A DNA stretch of 64,000 bases from Bacillota bacterium (GTDB lineage: Bacteria > Bacillota > Proteinivoracia > UBA4975), in NCBI GenBank assembly GCA_012523545.1, contig JAAYIH010000046.1, positions 97 to 64,096 on the forward strand. Direction: 5' to 3'. Every line of letters starts with the position of its first letter. Positions within the stretch are counted from its first letter, which is position 1. Under the pieces are notes generated by a model. That model had not been told where the DNA came from, did no database searches, and saw nothing but the letters and a program-made list of their open reading frames with translations. The position numbers and the translations under genes are program-made. Below are positions 18,743 to 27,529 of this stretch, piece after piece.

Positions 18743-19474
18743 GTGATTGTCACTACCACCGATGTGCAGAACAGCTTTGGCAAGTACCTGCAACTCTGCA
18801 GGCATGAAGAAGTCATCATCACCAAGAACGGCAAGAAGGTGGCTAAACTCATTCCCTATACCGAGGACGGTACCCTGGGCCGCTGGCTGGTCACAGAAGG
18901 TTCGCCGCGCTACAGTCCCAAGGGCATCCGGGTAAGTTATGAAGAATTCCTGAAGATGACGGAAGAAAGCGAGAATCGTTACGAGTACATTGACGGCGAG
19001 ATTTACCTCCTGGCCTCCCCCCTGTATCCCCACCAGAAGGCTGTACGGGAAATATTCGGCGAGTTCATAAACTGGTTCAGAGATAAGGACTGCGAACCCC
19101 TGGCCGCCCCCTTCGACGTCGTCCTCCATCGGCTGGACGATGCCGAAAAGATCAACTCGGTCCAGCCGGACATCATTGTCATCTGCGACAAAGACAAGAT
19201 CAACGAGCAAGGCAAATATACCGGGACTCCCTCCCTGGTGGTGGAGGTTCTCTCGGAATCTACCCGCAGCCGTGATTTGGTGCAGAAGCTGGACCTGTAC
19301 ATGGAAAGCGGAATCAGGGAGTACTGGGCGGTCAACACAGAATCTAAAGAGATATACATTTACACCTTTACCGGCTACAAGCTGGCCGACATCTTCACCT
19401 TTAAGGGCCAGGAGCAAGCCCAATCGGTAATTTTTCCTGGGCTGAGCGTAAGCCTGCCGCAGGTCTTTGCCTGA
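18743..19474 (+). CDS. Phd/YefM antitoxin-domain - Uma2 (DUF820) endonuclease fusion
   Basis: N-terminal IVTTTDVQNSFGKYL....EEVIITKNGKKVAKL (Phd). C-terminal RYEYIDG, HQ, VQPDI, P.LVVEVLS.ST...D...K..LY...GI.EYW (Uma2). GGAGGTG RBS then GTG 18743. Confidence 0.85.
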   Translation: MIVTTTDVQNSFGKYLQLCRHEEVIITKNGKKVAKLIPYTEDGTLGRWLVTEGSPRYSPKGIRVSYEEFLKMTEESENRYEYIDGEIYLLASPLYPHQKAVREIFGEFINWFRDKDCEPLAAPFDVVLHRLDDAEKINSVQPDIIVICDKDKINEQGKYTGTPSLVVEVLSESTRSRDLVQKLDLYMESGIREYWAVNTESKEIYIYTFTGYKLADIFTFKGQEQAQSVIFPGLSVSLPQVFA

Positions 19475-19541
19475 CGGCTGTGGGTGCCGAAATCGGCCTT
19501 CGGGGAATTCACCCTGGCGACAACTCAGCGCCGGAGAAAGC

Positions 19542-19569
19542 GACAACCGTGTCATATGACAAGGTTGTC
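19542..19569. promoter_or_regulatory. Putative TetR operator (28-bp palindrome)
   Basis: GACAACCGTGTCATATGACAAGGTTGTC, one mismatched pair, just upstream of the TetR gene. Confidence 0.75.
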
Positions 19570-19609
19570 ACATTGTTTTCTCTGTGGTAATATTGAAGTG
19601 GTGATTGTA

Positions 19610-20212
19610 ATGCCGACAGAAACCTTTTTCAACCTCAGTGAAGCCAAGCAAAAGCGGATATTCGAAGCTGCAGTTAAGGAATTTGCCGCCCGGCGCTACA
19701 GCGAGGCCTCCATCAACCAGATTGTCAAGGAAGCGCAGATTTCCCGGGGCAGTTTCTACCAGTATTTCAACGGCAAGGAAGACCTCTACCTCTACGTCCT
19801 GACCGAGATTGGCAAGGAGAAGATGGCCATTGCCCTTCCCCGGCAACTGCCTGAAGACGCCGACTTCTTCAGCGTCTACCTGAGCATGGTCAGGGACATT
19901 GTGGCCTGGACCCGGAAACGGCCGTTATACACCAGGATTGGGATGCTCATGGAACTGGATGACAGCGAATTCATCGCCAAGCTTACTTCCCGGTTCCCGG
20001 ATACCTGGGCCGGGCTCCGGGCCCTCCTGGAACGGGACAAGAAGCTGGGCCGCATCCGCCCCGATGTCAACAGCGATTTGGTCATCCAAATCCTGTACAA
20101 CCAGAACCTCCACTTTCAGAAGACTCTCTTTCGCCAGGGCAATCTGGACGACATGTTGCCCCAGGTGGAAGAGTTAATCAAAGTCTTAAAGGAGGGAATT
20201 GCCCTTGTTTGA
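19610..20212 (+). CDS. TetR/AcrR family transcriptional regulator
   Basis: MPTETFFNL...KQ.RI..AA..EF....Y..ASINQIVK.A.ISRGSFYQYF..KEDLY. Confidence 0.92.
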   Translation: MPTETFFNLSEAKQKRIFEAAVKEFAARRYSEASINQIVKEAQISRGSFYQYFNGKEDLYLYVLTEIGKEKMAIALPRQLPEDADFFSVYLSMVRDIVAWTRKRPLYTRIGMLMELDDSEFIAKLTSRFPDTWAGLRALLERDKKLGRIRPDVNSDLVIQILYNQNLHFQKTLFRQGNLDDMLPQVEELIKVLKEGIALV

Positions 20213-21056
20213 GGTAAGGGGACTCAAGTACAAGTACCCCAATGCCCAGGATTATGCCGTCGACGGCATCGACTTTGAAATCCGGCAGGGAGAAATCTTT
20301 GGCTTCCTGGGCCCCAGCGGGGCCGGCAAAAGCACCACTCAAAAAATCCTGATCAAGCTGCTCAAGGACTACCAGGGCGAGATACTCTACCGCGGTAAGA
20401 AGCTCACCGAGTACAGCGATGAATTTTATCAGGACATCGGCGTATCCTTTGAAATGCCCATTTCCTTCTCCAAGCTGACGGCCATGGAAAACCTGGAATT
20501 TTTCCGGCGCCTGTACAAAGAGACGGTGGATGTGGAGCCCCTGCTCAGGCGGGTGGGCCTGTGGGAGGACAGGCACAAAAAGACCGGCGAATACTCCAAG
20601 GGCATGAAAATCCGCCTCAACTTCGTCCGCGCCCTGCTCAACAATCCCAAGATGCTCTTCCTGGACGAACCCACCAACGGCATCGATCCCGTCAACGGCA
20701 AAATCATGAAGGACATGATCCGGGAGTTCCGCGCCCAGGGCGGCACCGTATTCCTCACCAGCCACATCATGAGCGATGTGGATGAGCTCTGCGACCGGGT
20801 TGCTTTCATCGTCAACGGCAAGATTCGGGAAGTGGATTCGCCCCGCAATCTCAAGCTCAAGTACGGCAAGCGCGTTGTGCGGGTGGAGTACCGGGAAAAC
20901 GGCAACGTGGTAAGCAAAGAGTTCACTATGGAGGAAATCAAGACCCCGGCATTCTTCGAGCTCCTCAAAACCAAGGACATCGAGACCCTGCACAGCGGCG
21001 AGACCACCCTGGAGGACATCTTTATCAAGGTGACGGGAGTGGCCCTCCATGGCTAA
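20205..21056 (+). CDS. ABC-2 exporter ATP-binding subunit (Rv2688c-like fluoroquinolone-export type)
   Basis: [31 protein letters not shown]; AAGGAGG RBS then TTG. Confidence 0.9.
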   Translation: MFEVRGLKYKYPNAQDYAVDGIDFEIRQGEIFGFLGPSGAGKSTTQKILIKLLKDYQGEILYRGKKLTEYSDEFYQDIGVSFEMPISFSKLTAMENLEFFRRLYKETVDVEPLLRRVGLWEDRHKKTGEYSKGMKIRLNFVRALLNNPKMLFLDEPTNGIDPVNGKIMKDMIREFRAQGGTVFLTSHIMSDVDELCDRVAFIVNGKIREVDSPRNLKLKYGKRVVRVEYRENGNVVSKEFTMEEIKTPAFFELLKTKDIETLHSGETTLEDIFIKVTGVALHG

Positions 21057-21774
21057 GCTGGGCATATTGGTCCAGGGCGAATTGGACCGGCTGAGAAAAT
21101 ACAATCTCTTCACCGCGACCACTGTAGTGCTGTTGCTGTGGGTGGGCATGACCTGGTTGCTGGAAGCAGGGGAAGTCACCGCCTTTGTGCCCCTTATCCT
21201 CCTTATGGACAGCACCATGATGAGCAGCCTGTTGGTGGGAGCCACCCTCTTTTATGAGAAGAAGGAACATGCCATAAACTCCATCCTGGTCACCCCGGTG
21301 CCGGAAACCGAGTACATTGCGGCCAAAATAATTGTCAGCGTCTTCAATTCCCTGCTGACCTTCCTGGCCCTCGCGGCCACGGCGTACTTCCTCAAAGGCG
21401 TAACCTTTAACTTTGCCCTGGTTGCTGCAGCAGTCGTGGTCATTACGGCATTTCACGCCCTGCTGGGCATTTGGTTTGCCTTCTTTTCCAAAAACTTTTC
21501 CTCGCTGCTGGTTAACTTAATGCTCTACATTATATTCCTGATGCTGCCACCCGTCCTGGCCGACCTGGGGATCATCGGGGAGAAAATTGCCCGCTTCTTC
21601 ATCATCCTTCCTCCCGATGCCGCCGGCACCATGCTTCAGGCCGGTTTCGCAACTGTCCCCCTTGGCCGTCTCATCTTTGGCTTCGTCTACCTGCTGGCCC
21701 TCTCGGCAGCCCTTTACAAGTACATCGTTTTGCCCGGCTTCAACCAGTATGCCATGCGGGAAACGGGGGTATAG
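21049..21774 (+). CDS. ABC-2 exporter permease 1
   Basis: 6 TM helices, EK.E.AI.SILVTP...EY..AK; overlaps the ATPase stop. Confidence 0.85.
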   Translation: MAKLGILVQGELDRLRKYNLFTATTVVLLLWVGMTWLLEAGEVTAFVPLILLMDSTMMSSLLVGATLFYEKKEHAINSILVTPVPETEYIAAKIIVSVFNSLLTFLALAATAYFLKGVTFNFALVAAAVVVITAFHALLGIWFAFFSKNFSSLLVNLMLYIIFLMLPPVLADLGIIGEKIARFFIILPPDAAGTMLQAGFATVPLGRLIFGFVYLLALSAALYKYIVLPGFNQYAMRETGV

Positions 21775-21776
21775 CC

Positions 21777-22502
21777 ATGCTCGGTGCCTTGCTGAAACAT
21801 GAAACCAAAAACCTGCTCCGGGAGCGCATGACACTGCTCATGTTGCTCTATCCCTTGCTTATCGGCATCGTCGGCAGAATTCTGCTGGACCGGGGAGTCA
21901 TAAGCGGAGAGGGCGTGGGCATCGCCGCCATGCTCTTCACCCTTTTTGGCGGCTTTGCCTACGGGGCCATGGCCGGGTTCTCCCTGCTGGATGACCGGGA
22001 CGACCAGGTCCTGGACTCCATCCGGATTTCCCCCGTCTCGGTGCACTGGCATATCTGGTTTAAAATTAGTTTTGCCTTTGTCCTGGCCGTCGCTGCCGGC
22101 TTCTTCATTATCCGGTTCAGCGGCGCCCTGGACATCGGCAGCGGAGACACACTGCTCCTGGCCGTTCTCTCCGCCCTCCAGGTGCCCGTCGTAGCCTTCT
22201 TCATCAATGCCTTTGCCAAAAACAAGGTGGAAGGCTTTGTAACCATGAAGGGCCTGGGTTTTATCCTCATCTTTCCGGTGGCCGCCTACTTCTTTCTGGA
22301 CTGGCAGGAATGGCTCTTTGCCCTTGCTCCTGTCCACTGGTCAGCCAAGGCAACGCAGTACCTCTACCTGCGGCCAGCCATCGAAGCCGGCTTGGTAACG
22401 ATGAACCTCAATTTCTACCAGTACCTGGGCATAGGTTTCGCCTACAACCTGCTCCTGGCGGCAGGCGCCTTCGTCCTGTTCAAGAAGAAAAATCAATTGT
22501 AG
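21777..22502 (+). CDS. ABC-2 exporter permease 2
   Basis: 6 TM helices, F.LLDDRDD..L..I.I.P and NKVEG.V.MK motifs of this family. Confidence 0.85.
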   Translation: MLGALLKHETKNLLRERMTLLMLLYPLLIGIVGRILLDRGVISGEGVGIAAMLFTLFGGFAYGAMAGFSLLDDRDDQVLDSIRISPVSVHWHIWFKISFAFVLAVAAGFFIIRFSGALDIGSGDTLLLAVLSALQVPVVAFFINAFAKNKVEGFVTMKGLGFILIFPVAAYFFLDWQEWLFALAPVHWSAKATQYLYLRPAIEAGLVTMNLNFYQYLGIGFAYNLLLAAGAFVLFKKKNQL

Positions 22503-22512
22503 TAATGCCGCC

Positions 22513-22559
22513 GGAAGAAATGCAGAGGGGCCACAAGCGGGCCCCTCTGCATTTCTTCC
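22513..22559. repeat. 20-bp perfect inverted repeat at the end of the ABC operon (terminator or stabiliser)
   Basis: GGAAGAAATGCAGAGGGGCC-N7-GGCCCCTCTGCATTTCTTCC. Confidence 0.75.
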
Positions 22560-22696
22560 AGCAAGGCAACCAGCTTTTCCGCCGGCTCCAGGCCGGTATA
22601 AAAAACATGGAATACATGCTCGCCCTTCACGAGAATGAGCTCGTTACGGTTTCCATGTCAACACCCAATCCCGCTGCCTGCACCGGCCGGCACTTG

Positions 22697-22733
22697 ACTG
22701 AAGTTGATTTCAGTTGTCGCCCCGTGGTAAAAT
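22697..22733 (+). promoter_or_regulatory. Promoter with palindrome over the -35 box
   Basis: ACTGAA-N6-TTCAGT (22697-22714) overlapping TTGATT-N18-TAAAAT (TG-extended). Confidence 0.5.
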
Positions 22734-22751
22734 TTTGCCGAGGTGAGTACG

Positions 22752-23501
22752 ATGGGGAAAACGGACCTCATTACAGCTCAGGCTTTGGCCAAAGCCCTGA
22801 ACCTCTCAGTGGAGACAATCTGGCGCTATACCCGGAACAAGAAAATACCCTACGTCACTCTGGGCGAAAGGCAGTATCGCTACAATCTCCAGGAGGTTTT
22901 GGCCGCCCTCACCGGCGCCCGGGTGCGGGAAAAGGCTCCGGCGTACATTTCCGGAGCCAGTAAATTCACTTACCAGGATTTCCTGGAACTGCCCGAGGAA
23001 CCGGGTTACCGGTATGAACTCCTGGCCGGAGAGCTGGTCAAAGAGCCCAACCCGGTCGTTTTGCATCAGAGGGTTGCCCGGGAGCTGGCGTATCTCCTCC
23101 TGCTCTACTTCCGCCAGGCAGACCCTTTGGGGGAAATCTTTTTCGCGCCGCTGGATGTAACCCTGGACGAATATACCGCCGTCCAGCCGGATATCCTGTT
23201 TGTCTCCGGCCAGCAAAAGGATATTGTCAAGGACGTCCGCATCGACGGCGCTCCCTTTCTGGTGGCGGAAATTCTTTCCGAAACCAGCCGCAGCAAGGAC
23301 CGGCTCCGCAAGCGCCGCATCTACCAGGAGGCGGGGATTCAACACTATTGGCTGGTGGACCCTTGTGAAAGGACCATTGAATGCCTGGCCCTCCGAGACG
23401 GGGAGTATATCCTGGCCGCTTCCGGCCTGGATGCTGAGACTGTCACCCATCCGGATTTTCCCGGGCTCAGCATTCCCCTGCCGCAACTGTGGCAAGACTA
23501 A
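22752..23501 (+). CDS. Excisionase/MerR-like HTH - Uma2 (DUF820) endonuclease fusion
   Basis: N-terminal LITAQALAKALNLSVETIWRY.....IP...LG..YRY (HTH_17-like). C-terminal RYELLAG, HQ, VQPDI, AP.LVAEILS....D...K...Y..AGI..YWLVDP. Confidence 0.85.
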   Translation: MGKTDLITAQALAKALNLSVETIWRYTRNKKIPYVTLGERQYRYNLQEVLAALTGARVREKAPAYISGASKFTYQDFLELPEEPGYRYELLAGELVKEPNPVVLHQRVARELAYLLLLYFRQADPLGEIFFAPLDVTLDEYTAVQPDILFVSGQQKDIVKDVRIDGAPFLVAEILSETSRSKDRLRKRRIYQEAGIQHYWLVDPCERTIECLALRDGEYILAASGLDAETVTHPDFPGLSIPLPQLWQD

Positions 23502-23558
23502 GGGTATGTCAATCTCATCTGCAACTCCAGTCCCGACCGGAAAGGGGAGACAAAGCTA

Positions 23559-24926
23559 TTGAAACGTTCGCGCCAGTTGGGCGAAGAAAGCATCAACAAA
23601 CTGCTGGTCAAGTTTTCGGTGCCGGCAATCATAGGCATGCTGGTCAACTCCCTTTACAACATCGTCGACCGCATTTTCGTGGGAAACGGCGTCGGCTCTT
23701 TGGGGTTGTCGGCGATCACCGTTGAATTCCCCCTCACCCTGGTGGTAATGTCCGTTGCCCTGCTGATTGGAGTGGGCAGCGGCACCCTGATTTCCATTCG
23801 CCTGGGGGAAAAGAAGGAAAGTGAAGCCGGGGAAATCCTGGGCAACGCCTTTTTTCTCCTCGTCATCCTGTCTGTTCTCATCACCGTTGTGGGCTTGGCC
23901 TGGCTGGACCCGCTCATGTCCCTGCTGGGCGCCAGCGCAGAAGTCCTGCCCTATGCCCGGGACTATGCCGGCATCATCCTGGCCGGGACCGTCTTCTGGA
24001 CAGTGGGCATGGGCATGAATAACATCATAAGGGCCGAAGGCAATCCGCAAGTGGCCATGCTGACCATGCTCATCGGCGCCCTGCTGAACATCGTCCTGGA
24101 CGCCGTGTTTATCTTCGCCTTTGGGTGGGGAATCAAAGGCGCAGCCCTGGCCACCATCATCGCCAAGGCGGTTTCTGCCCTGTGGGTGCTGCACTATCTC
24201 CTGACCCGCAGTCAGGTGCGGCTGCGCCTGGACAAAATCCGCCTGCGCCTCGCCCATATGCTCAGAATTGTCGCCATCGGCTTTGCGCCCTTTGCCCGCC
24301 AGCTGGCCGCCAGCCTCCTCAATGTAATCCTCAACATCAGCCTCAGCACCTACGGCGGCGACCTGGCCCTGGCGGCCATGGGCGTAGTCATGAGCCTCTC
24401 CACCCTTATTTTCATGCCCATCATCGGGCTCGACCACGGGTTGCAGCCTATTATCGGCTACAATCATGGCGCCCGCAACTTTCACCGGGTCAGGGAAGCC
24501 TTCGTCAAAGGTCTGGTTGTCGCCACGGCAGTTTCGGTGCTGGGATTCATTGTCATCAACCTCTTTCCCGCCCAGCTGGTAGCCATGTTCAATGCCAAGG
24601 ACGCGGAGCTCATCGCCCTGGGGTCCAGGGCACTGCGCATCTACCTCCTGTTGCTGCCGGTAATCGGCGCCCAGATTATCGGCTCCAGTTACTTCCAGGC
24701 CGTGGGACGCCCGGTACCCGCCGCCATACTGACATTGTCCCGCCAGGTGCTGATCTTAATCCCTGCCCTGCTGATCCTGCCCCCCTTCTTCGGCCTCAAC
24801 GGGGTGTTTTACGCCGGGCCCACCGCTGACTTTGTTGCCACCGTCCTCACCGGCCTCTGGGTTGCCGTGGAGATGCGAAAGCTCACAAAAAAAGAACGGG
24901 AAATGGCGCCCACTCCCGCCCGCTGA
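23559..24926 (+). CDS. MATE family efflux transporter (MepA-like)
   Basis: LL.KFSVPAIIGMLV.SLYNIVDRIFVG, RAEGNP, NIVLD, QPIIGYN.GA. Confidence 0.93.
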   Translation: MKRSRQLGEESINKLLVKFSVPAIIGMLVNSLYNIVDRIFVGNGVGSLGLSAITVEFPLTLVVMSVALLIGVGSGTLISIRLGEKKESEAGEILGNAFFLLVILSVLITVVGLAWLDPLMSLLGASAEVLPYARDYAGIILAGTVFWTVGMGMNNIIRAEGNPQVAMLTMLIGALLNIVLDAVFIFAFGWGIKGAALATIIAKAVSALWVLHYLLTRSQVRLRLDKIRLRLAHMLRIVAIGFAPFARQLAASLLNVILNISLSTYGGDLALAAMGVVMSLSTLIFMPIIGLDHGLQPIIGYNHGARNFHRVREAFVKGLVVATAVSVLGFIVINLFPAQLVAMFNAKDAELIALGSRALRIYLLLLPVIGAQIIGSSYFQAVGRPVPAAILTLSRQVLILIPALLILPPFFGLNGVFYAGPTADFVATVLTGLWVAVEMRKLTKKEREMAPTPAR

Positions 24927-25002
24927 AGCCGAATGCCAGCAGCGGACAAGGGAGGTTCCCTTTCTCGCAATAAAGCAGGGCTGTCGCCGGACAGCCCTGC
25001 TT

Positions 25003-25620
25003 TTATTTCGCCTGTGTTTGCCCGGACAGCTCCCAGAGGTAGAGAGAAGCCACCGAACAATACGGGGAGTACCTGGCCCGGTATTGCTCAAAATGTTCCC
25101 GGGTCAGCTCCTTTAATCCGTACAGATTCCTGATGCCCCGGCGGATGGCCAGATCACTGTAGCTGAAGACGTTGAGCCGGTTGAGGGAAAAAATCAGCAG
25201 CATTTCCGCCGTCCATACCCCTACCCCGGGCAGGGCGGTGAGACTGGCGATGATTTCCCCGTCCTCCATGGCGGGGAGGGCCTGAAAATCCACCTGGCCG
25301 GTAATGGCCGCCCTGGCAATGCCCTTGATGTAGCCCGCCTTGCGGGCAGACATGCCGCAGGCCTGGATGACGGAAAGGTCAGCGCTGTCTATAGCCCCGG
25401 GACTAATGACGCCCACTGCTTCCTGCAGCCTGCCCCACACCGTGGCGGCGGCTTTCTTGGAAATCTGCTGGCTGACGACGCTGGAAATCAGGGCGGTAAA
25501 GGGATCGGGGATGATGGGCCGCCGGATTCTGCCGATCCTGTCCATGGCAGCCCCCAGCTTTTTGTCCCGTTCCTTCAGGTATTGAATTGCTTCATCTCCG
25601 TATCGAAACCAGGCGGGCAT
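25003..25620 (-). CDS. DNA-3-methyladenine glycosylase II (AlkA / HhH-GPD family)
   Basis: SQQISK.AA, LPGVG.WTAEM.LIF, DLAIR, YSPY.SVASLYLW. Confidence 0.9.
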   Translation of the reverse strand: MPAWFRYGDEAIQYLKERDKKLGAAMDRIGRIRRPIIPDPFTALISSVVSQQISKKAAATVWGRLQEAVGVISPGAIDSADLSVIQACGMSARKAGYIKGIARAAITGQVDFQALPAMEDGEIIASLTALPGVGVWTAEMLLIFSLNRLNVFSYSDLAIRRGIRNLYGLKELTREHFEQYRARYSPYCSVASLYLWELSGQTQAK

Positions 25621-25773
25621 TTCCTTCCTCCTCGCACAATGGCACGCATATCCCGCTCAATTGGACCCGGGGCAGGGTTAGTGTTGCCCGCGCAACAAAA
25701 ATGGAGTCCCCCTGGATCAGTTCCAATTGAGCCTGCCGACACTGGGCTGCAGATGCCTTCTTTGGCCGCTCCA

Positions 25774-26307
25774 CTAAAGAGTGCATTCCAGCTGGAGGTC
25801 CCGGGGCTCCAGGGCCAGAATCTCCGGAACGATTTCCGCAGCCGGGACGCAACCGAGAGAGGCGTAAAAGGCCTGGGTTTCCACAGCCGGATGGGCCCCG
25901 ATATACAGCTTTTCCGCCCCCAATTGCCGTGCAGCCTCACAGCACAGCCTGAACAGCTGCCTGCCCAGTCCCCTGCCCCGGTGTTCCCGGGACACATGGA
26001 GGTAGCGCAATTCCCGGTACTGGTTGCGGCTGCCCAGGGGCTTATTCTCAACGCTGGCAAAGCCCACCAGTGCGCCGCCGGCGATGGCGCCGGCCACAAA
26101 ACCGCCCTGTTCCAGGCAGCGGCGCAAATCCCGGACGACGCGCCGCTTTTTGTCTGCACCCCACTCATCGACAAAGCTGTCGTCCTTGAGCTTGTATTCC
26201 CCCTGTTCCCAGTACAGGACCTGCCGGGTAACCTGGAAGCGCCGGAAGTTTTCCAGGGCATCAGGGGGCAAATCCTCCAGGCCCAGGGGGCGAACGACAA
26301 CCTCCAT
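25774..26307 (-). CDS. GNAT family N-acetyltransferase
   Basis: LHVSREHRGRGLGRQLF, KLYI.AH..VETQAFY..LGC. Confidence 0.88.
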   Translation of the reverse strand: MEVVVRPLGLEDLPPDALENFRRFQVTRQVLYWEQGEYKLKDDSFVDEWGADKKRRVVRDLRRCLEQGGFVAGAIAGGALVGFASVENKPLGSRNQYRELRYLHVSREHRGRGLGRQLFRLCCEAARQLGAEKLYIGAHPAVETQAFYASLGCVPAAEIVPEILALEPRDLQLECTL

Positions 26308-27461
26308 CAGGCCCGCTTCCTTATCCTGCCCAGGAAGTCCAGGAAGCGATTGTCCCGGCGCAGTTCCACGGCTTTATGTTCGCAAAGTTCGTGGCAACAC
26401 ATGCATTCGATGCAAAGGCCGTAGTCGATGGCCTTGGTCTTGCGGTCTATGGCCTGCACGGGGCAACTTTCCACGCACATATTGCAGTGCCTGCAGGCCT
26501 TTAGGTTAACCCGGGGCCGGGCCTTGAGAAAATCGATGACCTTGATGACAAACCGGTAGGTCCGGGGCTTGATGTTGCGCAGGCGCTTGGGCAGTTTAAA
26601 CCCCTTGAGCCGGGGAGGCACGGTGTAGTCCCCGGCGATTTCTATATTCTGCAGGGAGGCTTCCCCCAGACCGCTGGCCCGGGCACTGTGCAGGATGGGA
26701 ATGTCCTCGATCTCCAGGCCCAGCATGGCCACGGCCACGGTGTCCAGGGCCAGGGGATCGGCGCTCATCAGCAGCTTGCCGGCAGGGTAGACGGTCCCCG
26801 CCGTGGGGCCTTCCCCCTGCATGGCGGTCACTCCGTCCATAATATGCAAGCCCACATTGACGGCCTGGTGAATGTCGGCCAGGACGGCGCCGAAGTCCCG
26901 GGGATCCGGGGCCAGGCGATGGTATTCAGCCTTGCGCAGGCCGGGAATACAGCCGTAGAGGTTCTTGACGGCGCCGGTAAAAACCCCCGCCGAGTGGGTC
27001 TTGAACTTGGGCAGGTTGATGACGAAGTCGGCGTCGAACATGGGCCTGGCGATGTACATCTTGCCGCCCAGCCCGCTCCTGGGGACGACCTCCACCACCC
27101 CTTCCCGGTCGAAATTCTTAATCAGGGCCCCCTCCTCCCGGGCCATCTGTTCCAGGCCCGAGACCTTGAAACTCCTGGCAGTGGGGGCAACGCCGGCAAT
27201 GGCGCCGCCGGAGCTGTCGCCAATCCAGACCTGACAGCCCAGTCCCTTGAGAATACGGACCAGGGCCCGGACAAACTCGGGGTGGGTGATGGCGGCGGTC
27301 TCCGGCGCCTTGGGGCCGATTAGGTTGACCTTGAGGAGCACCTTCATGCCCGGGGATACGAACCTTTCCCAGCCGCCCAGAAGGGCAATGCCGGCATTGA
27401 GCTTCTGAATCATGCCTTCCGGATTATAATCAGTGCAGTCGCTGATTACCACTCTGGTCAA
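26307..27461 (-). CDS. DUF362 protein with C-terminal 2[4Fe-4S] ferredoxin domain
   Basis: KVLLKVN, THPE, NLPK.KTH, AVKN.YG, GEGP.AG; CxxCxxCxxxCP and CxxCxCCxExC; start TTG 27461 after GAGGAGG. Confidence 0.88.
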   Translation of the reverse strand: MTRVVISDCTDYNPEGMIQKLNAGIALLGGWERFVSPGMKVLLKVNLIGPKAPETAAITHPEFVRALVRILKGLGCQVWIGDSSGGAIAGVAPTARSFKVSGLEQMAREEGALIKNFDREGVVEVVPRSGLGGKMYIARPMFDADFVINLPKFKTHSAGVFTGAVKNLYGCIPGLRKAEYHRLAPDPRDFGAVLADIHQAVNVGLHIMDGVTAMQGEGPTAGTVYPAGKLLMSADPLALDTVAVAMLGLEIEDIPILHSARASGLGEASLQNIEIAGDYTVPPRLKGFKLPKRLRNIKPRTYRFVIKVIDFLKARPRVNLKACRHCNMCVESCPVQAIDRKTKAIDYGLCIECMCCHELCEHKAVELRRDNRFLDFLGRIRKRA

Positions 27462-27529
27462 ACTGTACACCTCCTCATTCGTCTCCTTCCCCCTGCCAAT
27501 TAACTCTGCCTGTATTCTCCCTGCCGGGC

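Noticed and set aside
18743-23501. Composite transposon or integrative element bounded by the Uma2 genes
   Set aside because: No transposase, integrase, terminal repeats or target duplication seen; the two genes are too divergent to be direct repeats
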